Assembly (NCBI RefSeq): GCF_052425735.1
Contig: NC_135762.1
Span: 15,252,001-15,316,000 of the forward strand
Length of the DNA stretch: 64,000 nucleotides
Direction of reading: 5' to 3'
DNA from: Oculina patagonica
Taxonomy: Eukaryota
The notes below the pieces were generated by a model. It had not been told where the DNA came from. It did not search any database and saw only the letters and a program-made list of their open reading frames with translations. The position numbers were made by a program, and so were the translations under genes. Within the stretch, counting starts at the first letter, position 1. Each line of letters begins with the position of its first letter. Below are positions 1 to 11,080 of the stretch, piece by piece.

Positions 1-759
1 CATACAAATGTCGGCTGAGTCATTATTTTTTTCGTCGCCAAAATGAAATTGAAAGCGGGATTTTTACGTTTTGGATATTGTTTATCTCCAAAAGGTTTCG
101 ATCCTCATTTCAATATTTGACAGCTGTTTTAATTAAGCCTTCCGCATTTTCTAAGAAATGTTTTTAACAAAACACCTTTCTTTTGTGTCACAGCCACTTG
201 TTAGTTTCTCAGAAAAAATATTTATCTTGAAAAATTCTTAATTTATTGACTCTGTTCTGAAAATGGTGTGACATATATCACGATTTACTAAGCGTGATTT
301 TTGGAAGATGTCCGATCGCTGTAAGACTTACAATAGTTGCACATTAGGGGGCAGTGTATAGACAACTAAAATTGTCCAACCTGTATATATAGCAGTTACA
401 GGACGAATACCAAATACTACATTGGCCGTATTCCCCCACAACGGCCAAAGTGGCTGTTTCAAATGTTTTTAGGGATTTTTTGTTCACTCCAGGAGTAGAA
501 AATAAATCTAGCTCCCTAATACCGCAACAAAGCAATGTCTAGCGCTCAGCACAAGTCAGGTATACCGTGACTAAATATAGCAAGTTACAGACAGTTTTTT
601 CTGCTAAATATTTCCTCATGATATATTCTGAAAAATATTAAACAGAACGTGTACAGAAAATAAGGGTGATTATTACGACAGGCTATTTCGCAAAGTGAAA
701 ATGAAGTTGCCATTTAATATAATTCTAGACAAAATTAATTGTCAAAGAGAAAAGGAGAT

Positions 760-1125
760 TTAAGTTCCTGAAATTCGATTGTCATTTACAATATTTCTTG
801 GTGTAGAACGTATTTTGCCCGCAAACCATCCGCTTGAGGCCATCCCCTCTATGACTTGTCTATCGTCGGACGCTGCAGCAGGTTGAGCGGAATCTGGCTC
901 GCTCTCCACAATTAATTTTCCACTCTGCAGGTCAAACACTAGTCTTTCTTTCCCTTTACTTCCTTCTCCACCTCTTGCAATAACTTTAAGTCGACTTGCA
1001 ACCACCTCTGACTTCAATACTTGTGTACTACCGTCTTCCGCTTTTGTTTCTTCATCTTTCTGTATTACAAAGTGAAAGTCAAATTCTCTTGCGGCCTGTT
1101 GGTTGCTTTTCTCTGTTTGGTCCAT
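760..1125 (-). CDS. Small 'FF-tail' family protein P1 (121 aa, divergent member)
   Basis: ATG at 1125 (MDQTEK...). Contains ERLVFDLQSGKLIV...DRQVIEGMASSGWF, which aligns by eye with the LVFxPxTGKL...GFF core of the neighbouring paralogs. Intronless. Confidence 0.7.
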   Translation of the reverse strand: MDQTEKSNQQAAREFDFHFVIQKDEETKAEDGSTQVLKSEVVASRLKVIARGGEGSKGKERLVFDLQSGKLIVESEPDSAQPAAASDDRQVIEGMASSGWFAGKIRSTPRNIVNDNRISGT

Positions 1126-1404
1126 TGCAATGTAATCTAGAAGCTTTAGCTTCACATATACAACAAAGTTTCGATATATCTGAAGGGAATGTGACAAACC
1201 AGTAACCTTAAATAAATTATAAATCAAGAACACCAGTATCAATACTAAAATTTGGTCTCAACTTTGCATAGGGAAAAAGCCCTTTACGATTGTTTACAAT
1301 ACGTCCAGGCAAGATGCCGCTTCCGCTCTAGTGTCCAAAAATGGTATTTCTTTGTTATCTGGTTTTCCTTATTAGGTTTGATTCGAGTCACGTTGGTTAA
1401 CACT

Positions 1405-1485
1405 TTCCAAGAAAAAAATATGCATGAGGTCATAGTCTCGTTTAAGAAGTCAGATAACAAAGAGAAAGAGGTTGAAACCGAAAGT
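1405..1485. promoter_or_regulatory. Putative bidirectional promoter elements between P1 and P2: GAS and ISRE-like sites
   Basis: TTCCAAGAA at 1405-1413 (TTCN3GAA) and GAAACCGAAAGT at 1474-1485 (GAAANNGAAA), in the ~510 bp between the divergent ATGs at 1125 and 1639. Confidence 0.5.
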
Positions 1486-1638
1486 AGAGTGCGAAGAAGG
1501 GAAACCCAACACAAACGAGCAGAACGTCTACGTAAATAACTGGAGATATTCTAATAGTTCATCGCTCCATAAGCACTACGATACGAAGAATTGCTAGTCT
1601 TCTTCTTAAAGGTTGTCACGACAAGAATAATTTCGAAG

Positions 1639-1878
1639 ATGTCTTCTAACCCGCAACGCATTCAAGAACACCTCGAGAACAGAGGAGGCAGCTCTGAAGC
1701 GCTGGTGTTTGATCCTGCCACAGGAAAGTTGATGGTGAAGCCACAACGAGAAGCCCAAAATTCCGCCGACAGGACCGTCATGTTGGACATGAACAAGAGT
1801 GGATCTGGAGGATTCTTCAACTTCGGCGCTTGCGACTGGCGACAGACAAGTGATAGAGACTATGTTCTGAATTTATGA
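1639..1878 (+). CDS. Small 'FF-tail' family protein P2 (79 aa)
   Basis: ATG at 1639: MSSNPQRIQEHLENRGGSSEALVFDPATGKLMV...DRTVMLDMNKSGSGGFFNFG...; clear similarity to P3-P5. Confidence 0.8.
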   Translation: MSSNPQRIQEHLENRGGSSEALVFDPATGKLMVKPQREAQNSADRTVMLDMNKSGSGGFFNFGACDWRQTSDRDYVLNL

Positions 1879-2975
1879 ACACGACAATGAGTTAAATCAA
1901 TGCAGCGCAATGAAGAACTTTGCTACCTTTAAATCTCTAGCTGATAGGAACAGGCAGCGGACAGTTGTTGCAAAATTTGTTTTAGTTATCTGACAATTTG
2001 CTTAGAGTTACTCAGTCTACTGTAGAATAGTGACTCAGTATCAGGTGGCATCAGTACATACTTGTTATATTCAAATGTTTATAGCTCAGTTGGGATGTGT
2101 CCTGGCGAATGATAGTTCCCTTCCATAAACGTTAAAATTGTAAATGTATGTTTAAACTGAAATACATAATTTCTTGGCTTGTATTCGGGTCAGTATATAT
2201 ATTTTCTAAAATTTTAAGCACGCCATTTTGCACGCTTGGAAGTAGTCTTTTGTATTGAGCCATATTGATATTCTAGGAAATGTGGTGAATTATTTCAGAA
2301 TACAGTAAATATAAACCTTAGCATTGTCCACCCGGTTAATTAGTTTTTTTTTTATTGCTGGCTGTCGTTGCATTATTTTTTTGATGAAATCTCGGGAACA
2401 AAATAAAATATATGCTACTTGTCACCTTTCACCTGTTTGCTGGGGAGCCCCTATCATTATTTGTTTCCGAGAAATAAGCACTTCCGGTGGCTTTTATTAG
2501 TGGCATTGTTGTGGTTTTTTTTTTTTTTTTGGGGAAAATAATTTTTTTTTTTTTTTTTTTTTGGTCTTTTTTTTTTTTTCAGTTTCGACTTGGGAAAGAT
2601 CACGACATTCAATTGTCACGAAAGCATGACAGCAAACATGACGCGAGGGTTGAGGGTTGATATAAATACATGGGGACTAAAAGAACCCTTTTCGGCAAAA
2701 ACGAAATCATTTTATTCAAGGCTGTTTACCGCTTTCGTTGCACGTTATTTTCGTTACCTGCTTAGATTTGTTACAATCATTGAACGATACTGCCAATGTC
2801 TGTGTTTCGATTAAAATCTATATGACCACTTTATTAGGTATTTATACTAAGTAAAGATGAAATACTTAAGAAAGAACCAGACAGATTCTGATACATTGCA
2901 TACATCGATTATTCAATTGTCTTTTACTAACAATAATGCAACTTAGAAATGCTTTGCTGACAGTCAAAAACTCAT

Positions 2976-4268
2976 TTATTTCCCTGGAGACGAGAAAAAT
3001 TCGACATTTTCTGCAGTGGCCTCCATATCTTGGCATGTCTTGCAGTCAGATTTTCTTTCGCTCATCATTGGATACCACCTAAGAATTCCAGGCTTGTCGA
3101 ACCTATGAAAGCCGTCTGGTGGGTATCCAGCGTACTGCTGCTCTCTGCGGTTGGCCCACATGTAATAGGGAGCCACCAGATCCTTCTCCAACGGCGCCAG
3201 TGCGCTGTCCTTACCTCGGCACAGCTCTACCAGGGCTAACTTCACCAGCATGTTGCCAATGGGAATGATGTCAGACGAAAGCCCAACCTGAATCGTGGCC
3301 GTCACTTCGTCGTCTCCAACATAAGGAGGATTAGCCTCGCGAGCTTGACGGAAGGAAGACATCTCTTCCGCGCTGGCTTCCATCGCCGCATCAGCGTAGA
3401 TGCACGAGAAGCATGGGCCATCTTTTGGTCTAACTCGCAGCACTTCTCCCCCTGCAGCTCTAACGGCGCACTTTCCGTAGAAGGTGGGGATGCCCAGCTC
3501 TATGGACAATGTGTTGATGTTGAGTCTGCTTCTTATGTTATCGGTCGCAGCCATGATAACGTCGCATCCTTTGAGAATTCTTCTGGCGTCGTCTAAATTG
3601 TTGATGTTGGTGTTGTGAATCTCTACCTCAGCAAATGGGTTCTTGTCTAGGATGCGGTCTCGCATAACATTCGTCTTCAGACGCCCTAGATCGCTTAGCC
3701 CACAAATATGGCGGATGATGTTATGCAGCTCAATCCGATCGAAGTCGACCAATACAAACTTGCCAACTCCGGCCTTGGCCAGCTCTATTGCTACGTGGGA
3801 GCCGCCACTTCCAAGCCCAACCACTGCAACTTTTCGCTCCTCCAACAGACTCGACTCGAGTATGCCATGACTGCGTGAGTAAAGCTGGGATCTTCGTGGT
3901 TGGCGCAGGACAGCCGCTTGCTCTATGGGTTCAGTTGACTTCGGCCGCACACAAACTCTGACATGGTCGTCTTCAGAAACCAGGATTGCAATTTGTGGCT
4001 CATCGAGGGGTGGGAGATTGGATATTAGAGTAGAGGCAATTTTCAGAACCTCTGTACACGGAGGTAGCTCTTTAAAGACCTTGAAAACGACTCGCTTTTC
4101 TGGTTTACCCGGAGCGGCGCTGTATTTAACCCGGACGTGGATTGTGTCACAGTCGTCAAACGCTGTCACGGAAAAGCGTTTCTCACCGGCTTCTTCGTTT
4201 TTGAGGACATCAGTAAAATTAGGTTGCAAGAAACAAACAACTTTACGATTGTCTTCTTCTTCGCCCAT
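2976..4268 (-). CDS. ThiF/MoeB/E1-like adenylyltransferase (430 aa) with an unassigned N-terminal ~125-aa domain
   Basis: Arg-finger LYSR, Rossmann VAVVGLGSGG, DFDRIELHNIIRH, GRLK, ATDN and two Zn-binding CxxC pairs (CFSC, CKTC). Intronless. Confidence 0.92.
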   Translation of the reverse strand: MGEEEDNRKVVCFLQPNFTDVLKNEEAGEKRFSVTAFDDCDTIHVRVKYSAAPGKPEKRVVFKVFKELPPCTEVLKIASTLISNLPPLDEPQIAILVSEDDHVRVCVRPKSTEPIEQAAVLRQPRRSQLYSRSHGILESSLLEERKVAVVGLGSGGSHVAIELAKAGVGKFVLVDFDRIELHNIIRHICGLSDLGRLKTNVMRDRILDKNPFAEVEIHNTNINNLDDARRILKGCDVIMAATDNIRSRLNINTLSIELGIPTFYGKCAVRAAGGEVLRVRPKDGPCFSCIYADAAMEASAEEMSSFRQAREANPPYVGDDEVTATIQVGLSSDIIPIGNMLVKLALVELCRGKDSALAPLEKDLVAPYYMWANRREQQYAGYPPDGFHRFDKPGILRWYPMMSERKSDCKTCQDMEATAENVEFFSSPGK

Positions 4269-4315
4269 CGTATTTAGTTCCTGGTTCTTCTGATCGAACT
4301 AAAATCACAAATGTT

Positions 4316-4746
4316 GAAATTGAAATAAATCGATACCATCATTCTTAGAATTTCCATCCATCTTTTGATTGGATAATTTCGTTTCGGTGACGAAACTGCA
4401 ATAAATATAAGCCTCTTTTTCCTGGAATTTTATTGCCTGTTGAGATGCTAAACAACAGATCAAATTATACAGCTGATGTCAATCTGGTGTTTAGCGTTTT
4501 CAAAGACACAAGAAGCAAGAACGCGCTCACCTTAAAATTGTTTATTTGATGATCTGTTTAGCTTGCCTTCTTGTTACATACTATAAAACAGATCACAGTT
4601 TACTGATAGCACTGAAATTAAAATCATCTTGTTACGGATCAAAAATTATTTATTGGAAACTGAAATAGAAAATGAAACAAGGGAAAACACCGTCCCGTCA
4701 CGCTACAGCAGCTGTGAGTCGGAATGTCTTCCGCTTATTCTGAGAA
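4316..4746. promoter_or_regulatory. GAS/ISRE-like cluster upstream of the E1-like gene
   Basis: GAAATTGAAA 4316-4325, TTCTTAGAA 4342-4350, TTTCGTTTC 4377-4385, TTCCTGGAA 4419-4427, GGAAACTGAAA 4655-4665, TTCTGAGAA 4738-4746. Confidence 0.5.
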
Positions 4747-6060
4747 TTCCTTCTGTACTGATTGAGCATGCTCCAGTTTGTACGTTTGTACGTGGACTCT
4801 GGGAACGAGATTGCGTTTGTATATATGCTGAAATCTGGTGTTACGATACTTGGATAACGGCAATGAACTACAGTATTTTACAAAACTTGAATTATTACTT
4901 GTTGCTCAAAAACTGTTTCAAAGTTGCATTCAACAGTACGAATTATAAATTGCATTCGACAGTTATTTTCTTCTACTTGAAATGCTCAACATTACCTAGA
5001 ATGCTTTGTCCCCGAAGGTGTCGAGGACAGAGCTGAATTGATGGATTTATAACGAGCATGCACCCTTGCCGCTTGATTATGAACACATAAATTATTGCAA
5101 TCAACAAGGACGCGAGATGTGTCACAGCATTTAAATGGTGAGCCCCTCTCGGAGGTTTTTAGGGTACAAGGGAAAATGGCCTTGAAGAATTGGGAACACG
5201 GGAACAAAACCTGTCTTTCTGATAATTTTGAAAACCGGGATCTGAAAAATCGGCAAAATACTTCTAAGGAACAATACATCACAAGGGAATATCTTTGGGG
5301 AACGTTCGTCGGCTAGCTTCATTTCCAACGACATCAAAAAAATTGTCAACGTAGAATGAAACGGGCAGTTACAAAGACTCTTTCCTGGTTTATTGTGATA
5401 GTGCATCCAATCTGAAAAAGGTTGAAAAACTTAACTAAAAAACTTAACCCTTTCAAGTAACGTTTATCTCTAATTTGAAATAACAAGAAGCCACTCAATG
5501 ATTATGGTCTGCAATCAATACGCAGTAGTGATTTCCCAAGGACATTCATCTTAACAGCTAAGCATAACATCACTGTGGGAATGAAAAAGAAATAAGAAAA
5601 TGTTAAAAACGCACTGTTTTAAGAGACTCCTGTTTCAGGAAACACCCTGCATGTACGCATAATTTGACACGCTTTTCTAGCTACATTACAAGATTAATTG
5701 CTTACAAGAGGTTAATTTCCAAGAAAATCGATCAGGAAGTAATTGTAAAAAGTCTTTCTGACATGACCCTGGCAACAGCAGAACACATCAACAACAGAGG
5801 GTAGCAACGGGTTGGAACTGCAATGATAGACAGCTTAATTTTACAGAGTTCTTGTGAAATATAAAATATTCGCTCGACAAGTTTCTTGGTGGTAGTATTG
5901 AAAGTGGAGGTTCAAAGTTGTACTACAGTACGAGTTCCCGGACTGTGTTGTCCGAGTGTCCATCGAGTCCAAACACTTTAGCTTTTAAAAAATTTAGTAC
6001 AAGCTAATGTTCCAGAGTTACTTTGCCTCAGACGATCCCTGTGATCTCAGCTTGTCACGT

Positions 6061-6270
6061 TCAGCACACGCAAACGAAAAATCCTCCTCCATCACGCTTG
6101 TTCATAGCTGTGACAACCTCTCGTCCTGGCCTGATTCGAGCCTGTACTTTGTTCATTACCTCAAGCTTCCCGGTTTCAGGGTTAAAGACCAATGCTTCTT
6201 GTCGACTACCGCCACTTTCAAAAAAATTGGTTACTGCACCCTGCCTAGGACGGGATGGAGCTGAACCCAT
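6061..6270 (-). CDS. Small 'FF-tail' family protein P3 (69 aa, MGSAPS N-myristoylation motif)
   Basis: MGSAPS...EALVFNPETGKLEV...REVVTAMNKRDGGGFFVCVC*. Confidence 0.8.
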   Translation of the reverse strand: MGSAPSRPRQGAVTNFFESGGSRQEALVFNPETGKLEVMNKVQARIRPGREVVTAMNKRDGGGFFVCVC

Positions 6271-6810
6271 GCTTCAATTCAGGACGTCATCAACCGTGGT
6301 CAAAGTAATACATAGGTGATGTTTGCATTGGTATAGCCGTTTATCGAAGTTTGTTTTATGCATATTTACCGCATGTATAATTTGAATTGACACTTATTTG
6401 CTTAAACGAGGTCATTTTCTGAGAAAATCAGGAAGACCTCTTAAAGCGTCTAAATCCGACAAGAGCTACTGAAAAGATTTCAACAGCAAGAAATGGAAAC
6501 CTTGAAATATTAGATCATATCAAACCATATTGATTCACGTCACTAATAAAATGTTTCAATATAAACACTCCCAGGAAAAAAACTAAAATCTCTATGTACA
6601 GTTGTTGTCTTTTTTTTTTCAAAATTCTTGCATAACACTCACCGGACACAAATGCAAGTTAACGCACACGGTTTATCGCCTATATGCTTTAAAGAAAGTT
6701 AGATATTGTGCGTTTTAAACAAAGGTGAACACTGAAAATCTCATTCAAATGTACTTTTGGTACGTCAATCTCCGTGTTTCATCTAACACGAATAGCGGAA
6801 TTGCTGAAAA

Positions 6811-7107
6811 TTATCTTACAAAGAATCCTCCACTTCCAGGTTTGTTTACGTCCAAGACGACGTGACGACCTGGCCTCGTATCTTCCTTTCTTACTATTTC
6901 AAGTCTTCCTGAGGCCGAATTGAAGACCATCTCTTCCATTGCATTGCCACCATTTTCAAAAAACCTTTCCATCTTAGTAGGCTGTTCCTGGGGAGTAGCC
7001 GGGTACGACGAACCTGCTCTTGGTTCTTTTGGGATCTCCGGGGCAATCCGTGGACTTGGTTGAATGATCCTACTCGGAGGTCTTGAAACTGATGAACATG
7101 AACCCAT
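6811..7107 (-). CDS. Small 'FF-tail' family protein P4 (98 aa, MGSCSS start)
   Basis: MGSCSS, Pro-rich linker, EEMVFNSASGRLEI...RHVVLDVNKPGSGGFFVR*. Confidence 0.8.
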   Translation of the reverse strand: MGSCSSVSRPPSRIIQPSPRIAPEIPKEPRAGSSYPATPQEQPTKMERFFENGGNAMEEMVFNSASGRLEIVRKEDTRPGRHVVLDVNKPGSGGFFVR

Positions 7108-8056
7108 TTTTAGAGCGACATCAACCTTGCCTACGTGCTACTCACTGGAGATCTTGTATAGTAACGAGCTTTGTTGTGTTGATTTCAAACGTGAACTCGA
7201 ACAGTAGCCTGGGTTCCAGAAACCCTTTCTTACAGCGCTAAGATTAAGAGGGTATGGGGTGGGGTGGGGTGGAAAAATGAGACAAAACATCTTTCCCCTC
7301 CAGTCCCGACTATAAAGTGTAGAAAGACTAATTCAGTTATAACTTATGCCAAAATCAACGTATATTGATCTGTAATCAATGATTGGTGTCTTTCCACAAA
7401 GGCAGGCACCAGGGGTCTAATCAAAGACAGTGCGTAGCCTCAAATAACTCCAACAGATAACTGTCCGGCTATATTCAAGATCAGTGTTGTGATGAATTTG
7501 TTTGGTTAGGGAACAGTTCTCATTTGTGGCTAAGGGGGGACAGAGGGGGAGTCGGCGATATTATTTTACCAACGCAGGCATAAACATGGTGTACCACACG
7601 ATGGCCGAAATATGTTATATCCAGATAACAGGCCCCTCGTTCAGTTATGTGACGCCAAAGCGTGACATGCTTTGCTGCATTACCCAGAAAAAGCACCCTC
7701 TCCCCCTTCCAGCATAAAATAGGACACTCCCCAGGAAGTAATTCTGACACGACCCTAGCAACAGCAAAACATATCAACAACAGAGGGAAGCAACGGTTGT
7801 GGAACTGCAATGATGGAAAGCTTAATGTTACAGCGTTTATGTGTTACAGCGTGAAATACAAAATATTCGATCGAAAAGTTTCTTGGTGGTAGTGTTGAAA
7901 GAGGAGGTTAAAAAATGAACTACAGTACGCGGAGTTCCGTGGCCAGGACATGTGTTGTCCGAGTGTCCATTGAGTTCAAACACTTCAGCTTGTAAAAAAA
8001 TTCAAATTTCCAGTTAATGTTAAAGAGTTACTTTGCCTCAGATGATCCCTGTGATC

Positions 8057-8278
8057 TCAGCTTGTCATGTTCAGGACAAAGCGAAAGAATCCCCCTCCGT
8101 CAGGACTGTTCATAGCTGTGACAACCTCTCGTCCTGGCCTGCCATGAGCCTCTGCTTTGTTCGTTACCTCCAGCTTTCCAGTTTCTGAATTAAAGACCAG
8201 CTCTTCTTTTCGATTACCGCCACTTTCCAGAAATTTTGCTACTTCACTTGGTCTCGGACGTGATGGAGCGGAACCCAT
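8057..8278 (-). CDS. Small 'FF-tail' family protein P5 (73 aa, paralog of P3)
   Basis: MGSAPS...EELVFNSETGKLEV...AMNSPDGGGFFRFVLNMTS*. Flanks are homologous to the P3 flanks. Confidence 0.8.
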   Translation of the reverse strand: MGSAPSRPRPSEVAKFLESGGNRKEELVFNSETGKLEVTNKAEAHGRPGREVVTAMNSPDGGGFFRFVLNMTS

Positions 8279-8498
8279 GTTTCAATTCAGGATGTGAGTT
8301 TTGCTGTGGTATAGCCGTTTATTAAAGTTAATTTCATGCATACTTCCTGTACTGCATAGTTTGGATTGACACTTATTTGCTTAAACGAGGTCATTTTCTG
8401 AGAAAATCAGGAAGCCCTCTTAAGACGTCTAGATGTGACAAGAGCTACTACTGTAAAAATGGAAGAAATGGAAACTGTGAAATATTATATTACATATA

Positions 8499-10352
8499 TA
8501 GATTACTTCATGGAAAGTGCGCGCGTACGGTGTTTACGCACGAGTTGTTGACGTATCAGAAATCGAACGAACAACAAAATCGTTGAAAAAAGACATTTCA
8601 TGAGATTATTCTCGTGTCTTAAAATTGTTCTAATTGGATAAGAAATCGAATATCAAGAGTTTTTTACTCAACAAGTACAAGAATGAAATATAGAAATAAG
8701 AACTAAGAATACGTAACCGTGCTATTGCAAGGGAGGGCTATCTTCATCCGAAGAATCTAAAATACGTTTAACACGCTTGAAGGTGTGCTTTCTTGTTGCT
8801 GAGTACGCATTAGGCGACTGACTTACTGTGTTTATAGAAATGTTAAAGTGTCCTCCATGAAACACGGCTCCGCTAAATACACTTGCTCCAGGCAATGTTG
8901 GACTGCTTGACGACTGAAAACTACAAGACAGAGTTTCAGCTTCACTCTCTGTAGCCAATGCTCGATGAACTTTTGCAGAAGATTCAGTCGAGGTCGCACT
9001 CAGTAGCCTTGACATTTTTTTTTTTGCTGTTGTTGGGAAATGTGGCTATAATTGTTAATGCTTTGGACATTTTTGTGGCCTGGGAGCTGCATAATGTGAC
9101 TGGGAGGTATATCGCTGTCGTTTAGTTTTTGTACCATGCGTTTTCGAGCGCTGTGATAAGTCAGTCGTTTACTTGAAAGGCCTCCTTTTTCCGCCATGGT
9201 TTTCATCAGACTATTCAATTTGTTCTGACCCATTGCACTTGATTTAAACCACAGTTTTTTCGACGAAGGACTTTTTGTGTAATTTATTCCGAGATAGAAT
9301 GGCGCATCAGGTTTATACATCGCGTCAGGTCTCTTTTCGGAATAAATTTTGTAAACGGCAACTGGATCTCTTTCAGGTGGACCGTTTGGTGCTGCAAAAG
9401 CCTTCGGTTTAACAGCTCTGACATTTCGAGGTTCAGCTCCCGTTCTAGTTTTCGTTTGACGTTCAGAATACTCTAGGTATTCAGTCCGTCGGCTTCCATG
9501 TGAAGTTCCACGTCGCCCCAAGTCATCTGCCGATGTTCTTCACAGCCTCTCAAACCAAAATGCACTGAATTGAAAAGCCAGAGTGTGTTTAGCAAAGCTT
9601 CGGCATTTGAGATTCCCAGTAAATTCTTTTCGAAAAGAATGTTTTCCTCCACATCAGTCAAAGCTTCGGCTGCGTTGGGTTTGTTCCCTTTGCCTTCTTT
9701 TTTCAGTTGTTTGCTGCGAGCTTCCAGACATTTTCTTGCTTGATCAAACACAGTGTCTTCGATAATACTCGCTGAGTACTTGCGTTATCTTAAATACCGG
9801 TTAAAACTTGAGAACAACCCTCGAAGGCTCGATGGTTCATAGTCTTGACCATCTTTTCTTTTCACACTAAGAATGAATTCACTAAGGTAACGCCTGAGCT
9901 CCTCTGGTTGGATGTCTTCAATTTTTCTTTGTTCGTTTTTCTCCAGCAGAAATGTAGAAAGCAGATTCACATCCCGCTGCGTTTTCGCTCGAGTGTTTTT
10001 GTTTTCCTGCTCTGTAATATATTCTTCGATGGGTTTACTTAATGGTTTAAACCTACTGCCAGAAGATTCAGCCATAGTTGTTAATGAGAACGTTTTAAAC
10101 CGTCCACAAATGTACTGCGAAAGGCCAAAAAATTTCAAGCAGTGAGAAAGCTAGCGCCATCGACAAAGCTACCACGTTTGCTCCACGTTCATTGGAAATG
10201 TTGATGCGTTTTGACAGCCGCTTTCTGATTGGACGAAACGGGTTTCTCACGTGTAAGAAAGTCGTTTCGCGGTTGTCATTGGCTGCGAGAATTTCCGAAC
10301 CGTGTTTTTAACAGATCAATTCTAACTGTAAATCTCAGTATGTATGAAATAA
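8499..10352 (-). mobile_element. Crypton-type tyrosine-recombinase DNA transposon with a disrupted ORF (~8722-10075)
   Basis: Split ORFs carry tyrosine-recombinase motifs HFGLRGCEEH, YHSARK and PGHKNVQSINNY. The block is absent at the equivalent point of the paralogous units (~6520 and ~12430), which gives approximate ends. Confidence 0.8.
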
Positions 10353-10608
10353 AAAACCATATTGCTACAGTCACTAATGAAATAATTCAATAACACACAC
10401 TCCCGGAAAAAAAGAAAACCCCTATTCTCAGTGTTTGTCCTAATAAATGTGTCCTGTTATTTTTTAGTTCTTGTATAACACACACAGAAAAATACAACTT
10501 ATCTCACCCGCCTTTGTGCCTAGAAGAACGTTAGATAATGTTCATTCACAAAAAAGGGGAAAATATGACTCAAATCTACTTTTCCTACGTAAAACTCTCT
10601 GTTCTATC

Positions 10609-10791
10609 TCAAAGGTATAGCAGAATTGGGAAATATTGTCTGAAAAAGAATCCTCCACTTCCAGGTTTGTTTACGTCCAAGACGACGTGACGACCTGGCC
10701 TCGTATCTTCCTTTCTTACTATTTCAAGTCTTCCTGAGGCCGAATTGAAGACCATCTCTTCCATTGCATTGCCACCACTTTCAATAATAAC

Positions 10792-10837
<46 letters not shown>

Positions 10838-11080
10838 TAATAATAATAATAATAATAAAAAAATAATAACTGTTTTATTGGAAGAGCTTCCACATAGTGG
10901 CTCTTCGTCTTCCAAATAAACTAAATTTACAAAAAGCCTTTCCATCTTAGTAGGCTGTGTCTGGGGAGTATCCGGGTACGACGAACCTGCTCTTGGTTCT
11001 TTTGGGATCTCCGGGGCAATCCGTGGACTTGGTTGAATGATCCTTCTCAGAGGTCTTGAAATTGATGAACATGAACCCAT
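10609..11080 (-). pseudogene. P6: copy of P4 disrupted by a ~150-bp insertion
   Basis: Near-identical to P4 on both sides of an insertion at ~10783-10930. The 5' half is MGSCSS...KMERLF and the 3' half is ESGGNAMEEMVFN...GGFFFRQ. Confidence 0.8.
10783..10930 (-). mobile_element. Short retroelement 3'-end with (TTA)n tail
   Basis: On the minus strand AATAAA is followed by a long (TTA)n tract; the block is absent from P4. Confidence 0.55.

Noticed and set aside
760-1242. 160-aa version of P1 (and the extended starts at 1591 and 27224)
   Set aside because: These rely on non-ATG starts. ATGs at 1125, 1639 and 27212 fit a eukaryotic gene and the paralog alignments.
2976-4268. Calling the E1-like gene MOCS3/UBA4, UBA5 or ATG7
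   Set aside because: No C-terminal rhodanese domain, no crossover-loop Cys and an unrelated N-terminal domain, so no gene symbol was assigned.
3030-4293. Plus-strand ORFs overlapping the E1 gene (and those opposite the JABs and Harbinger genes)
   Set aside because: Antisense shadows of real coding sequence with no motifs of their own.
10783-10930. Insertion in P6 read as a GT-AG intron
   Set aside because: Splicing from GTAAAT to the nearest downstream AG leaves the 3' half out of frame; the (TTA)n tail fits a retro-insertion better.
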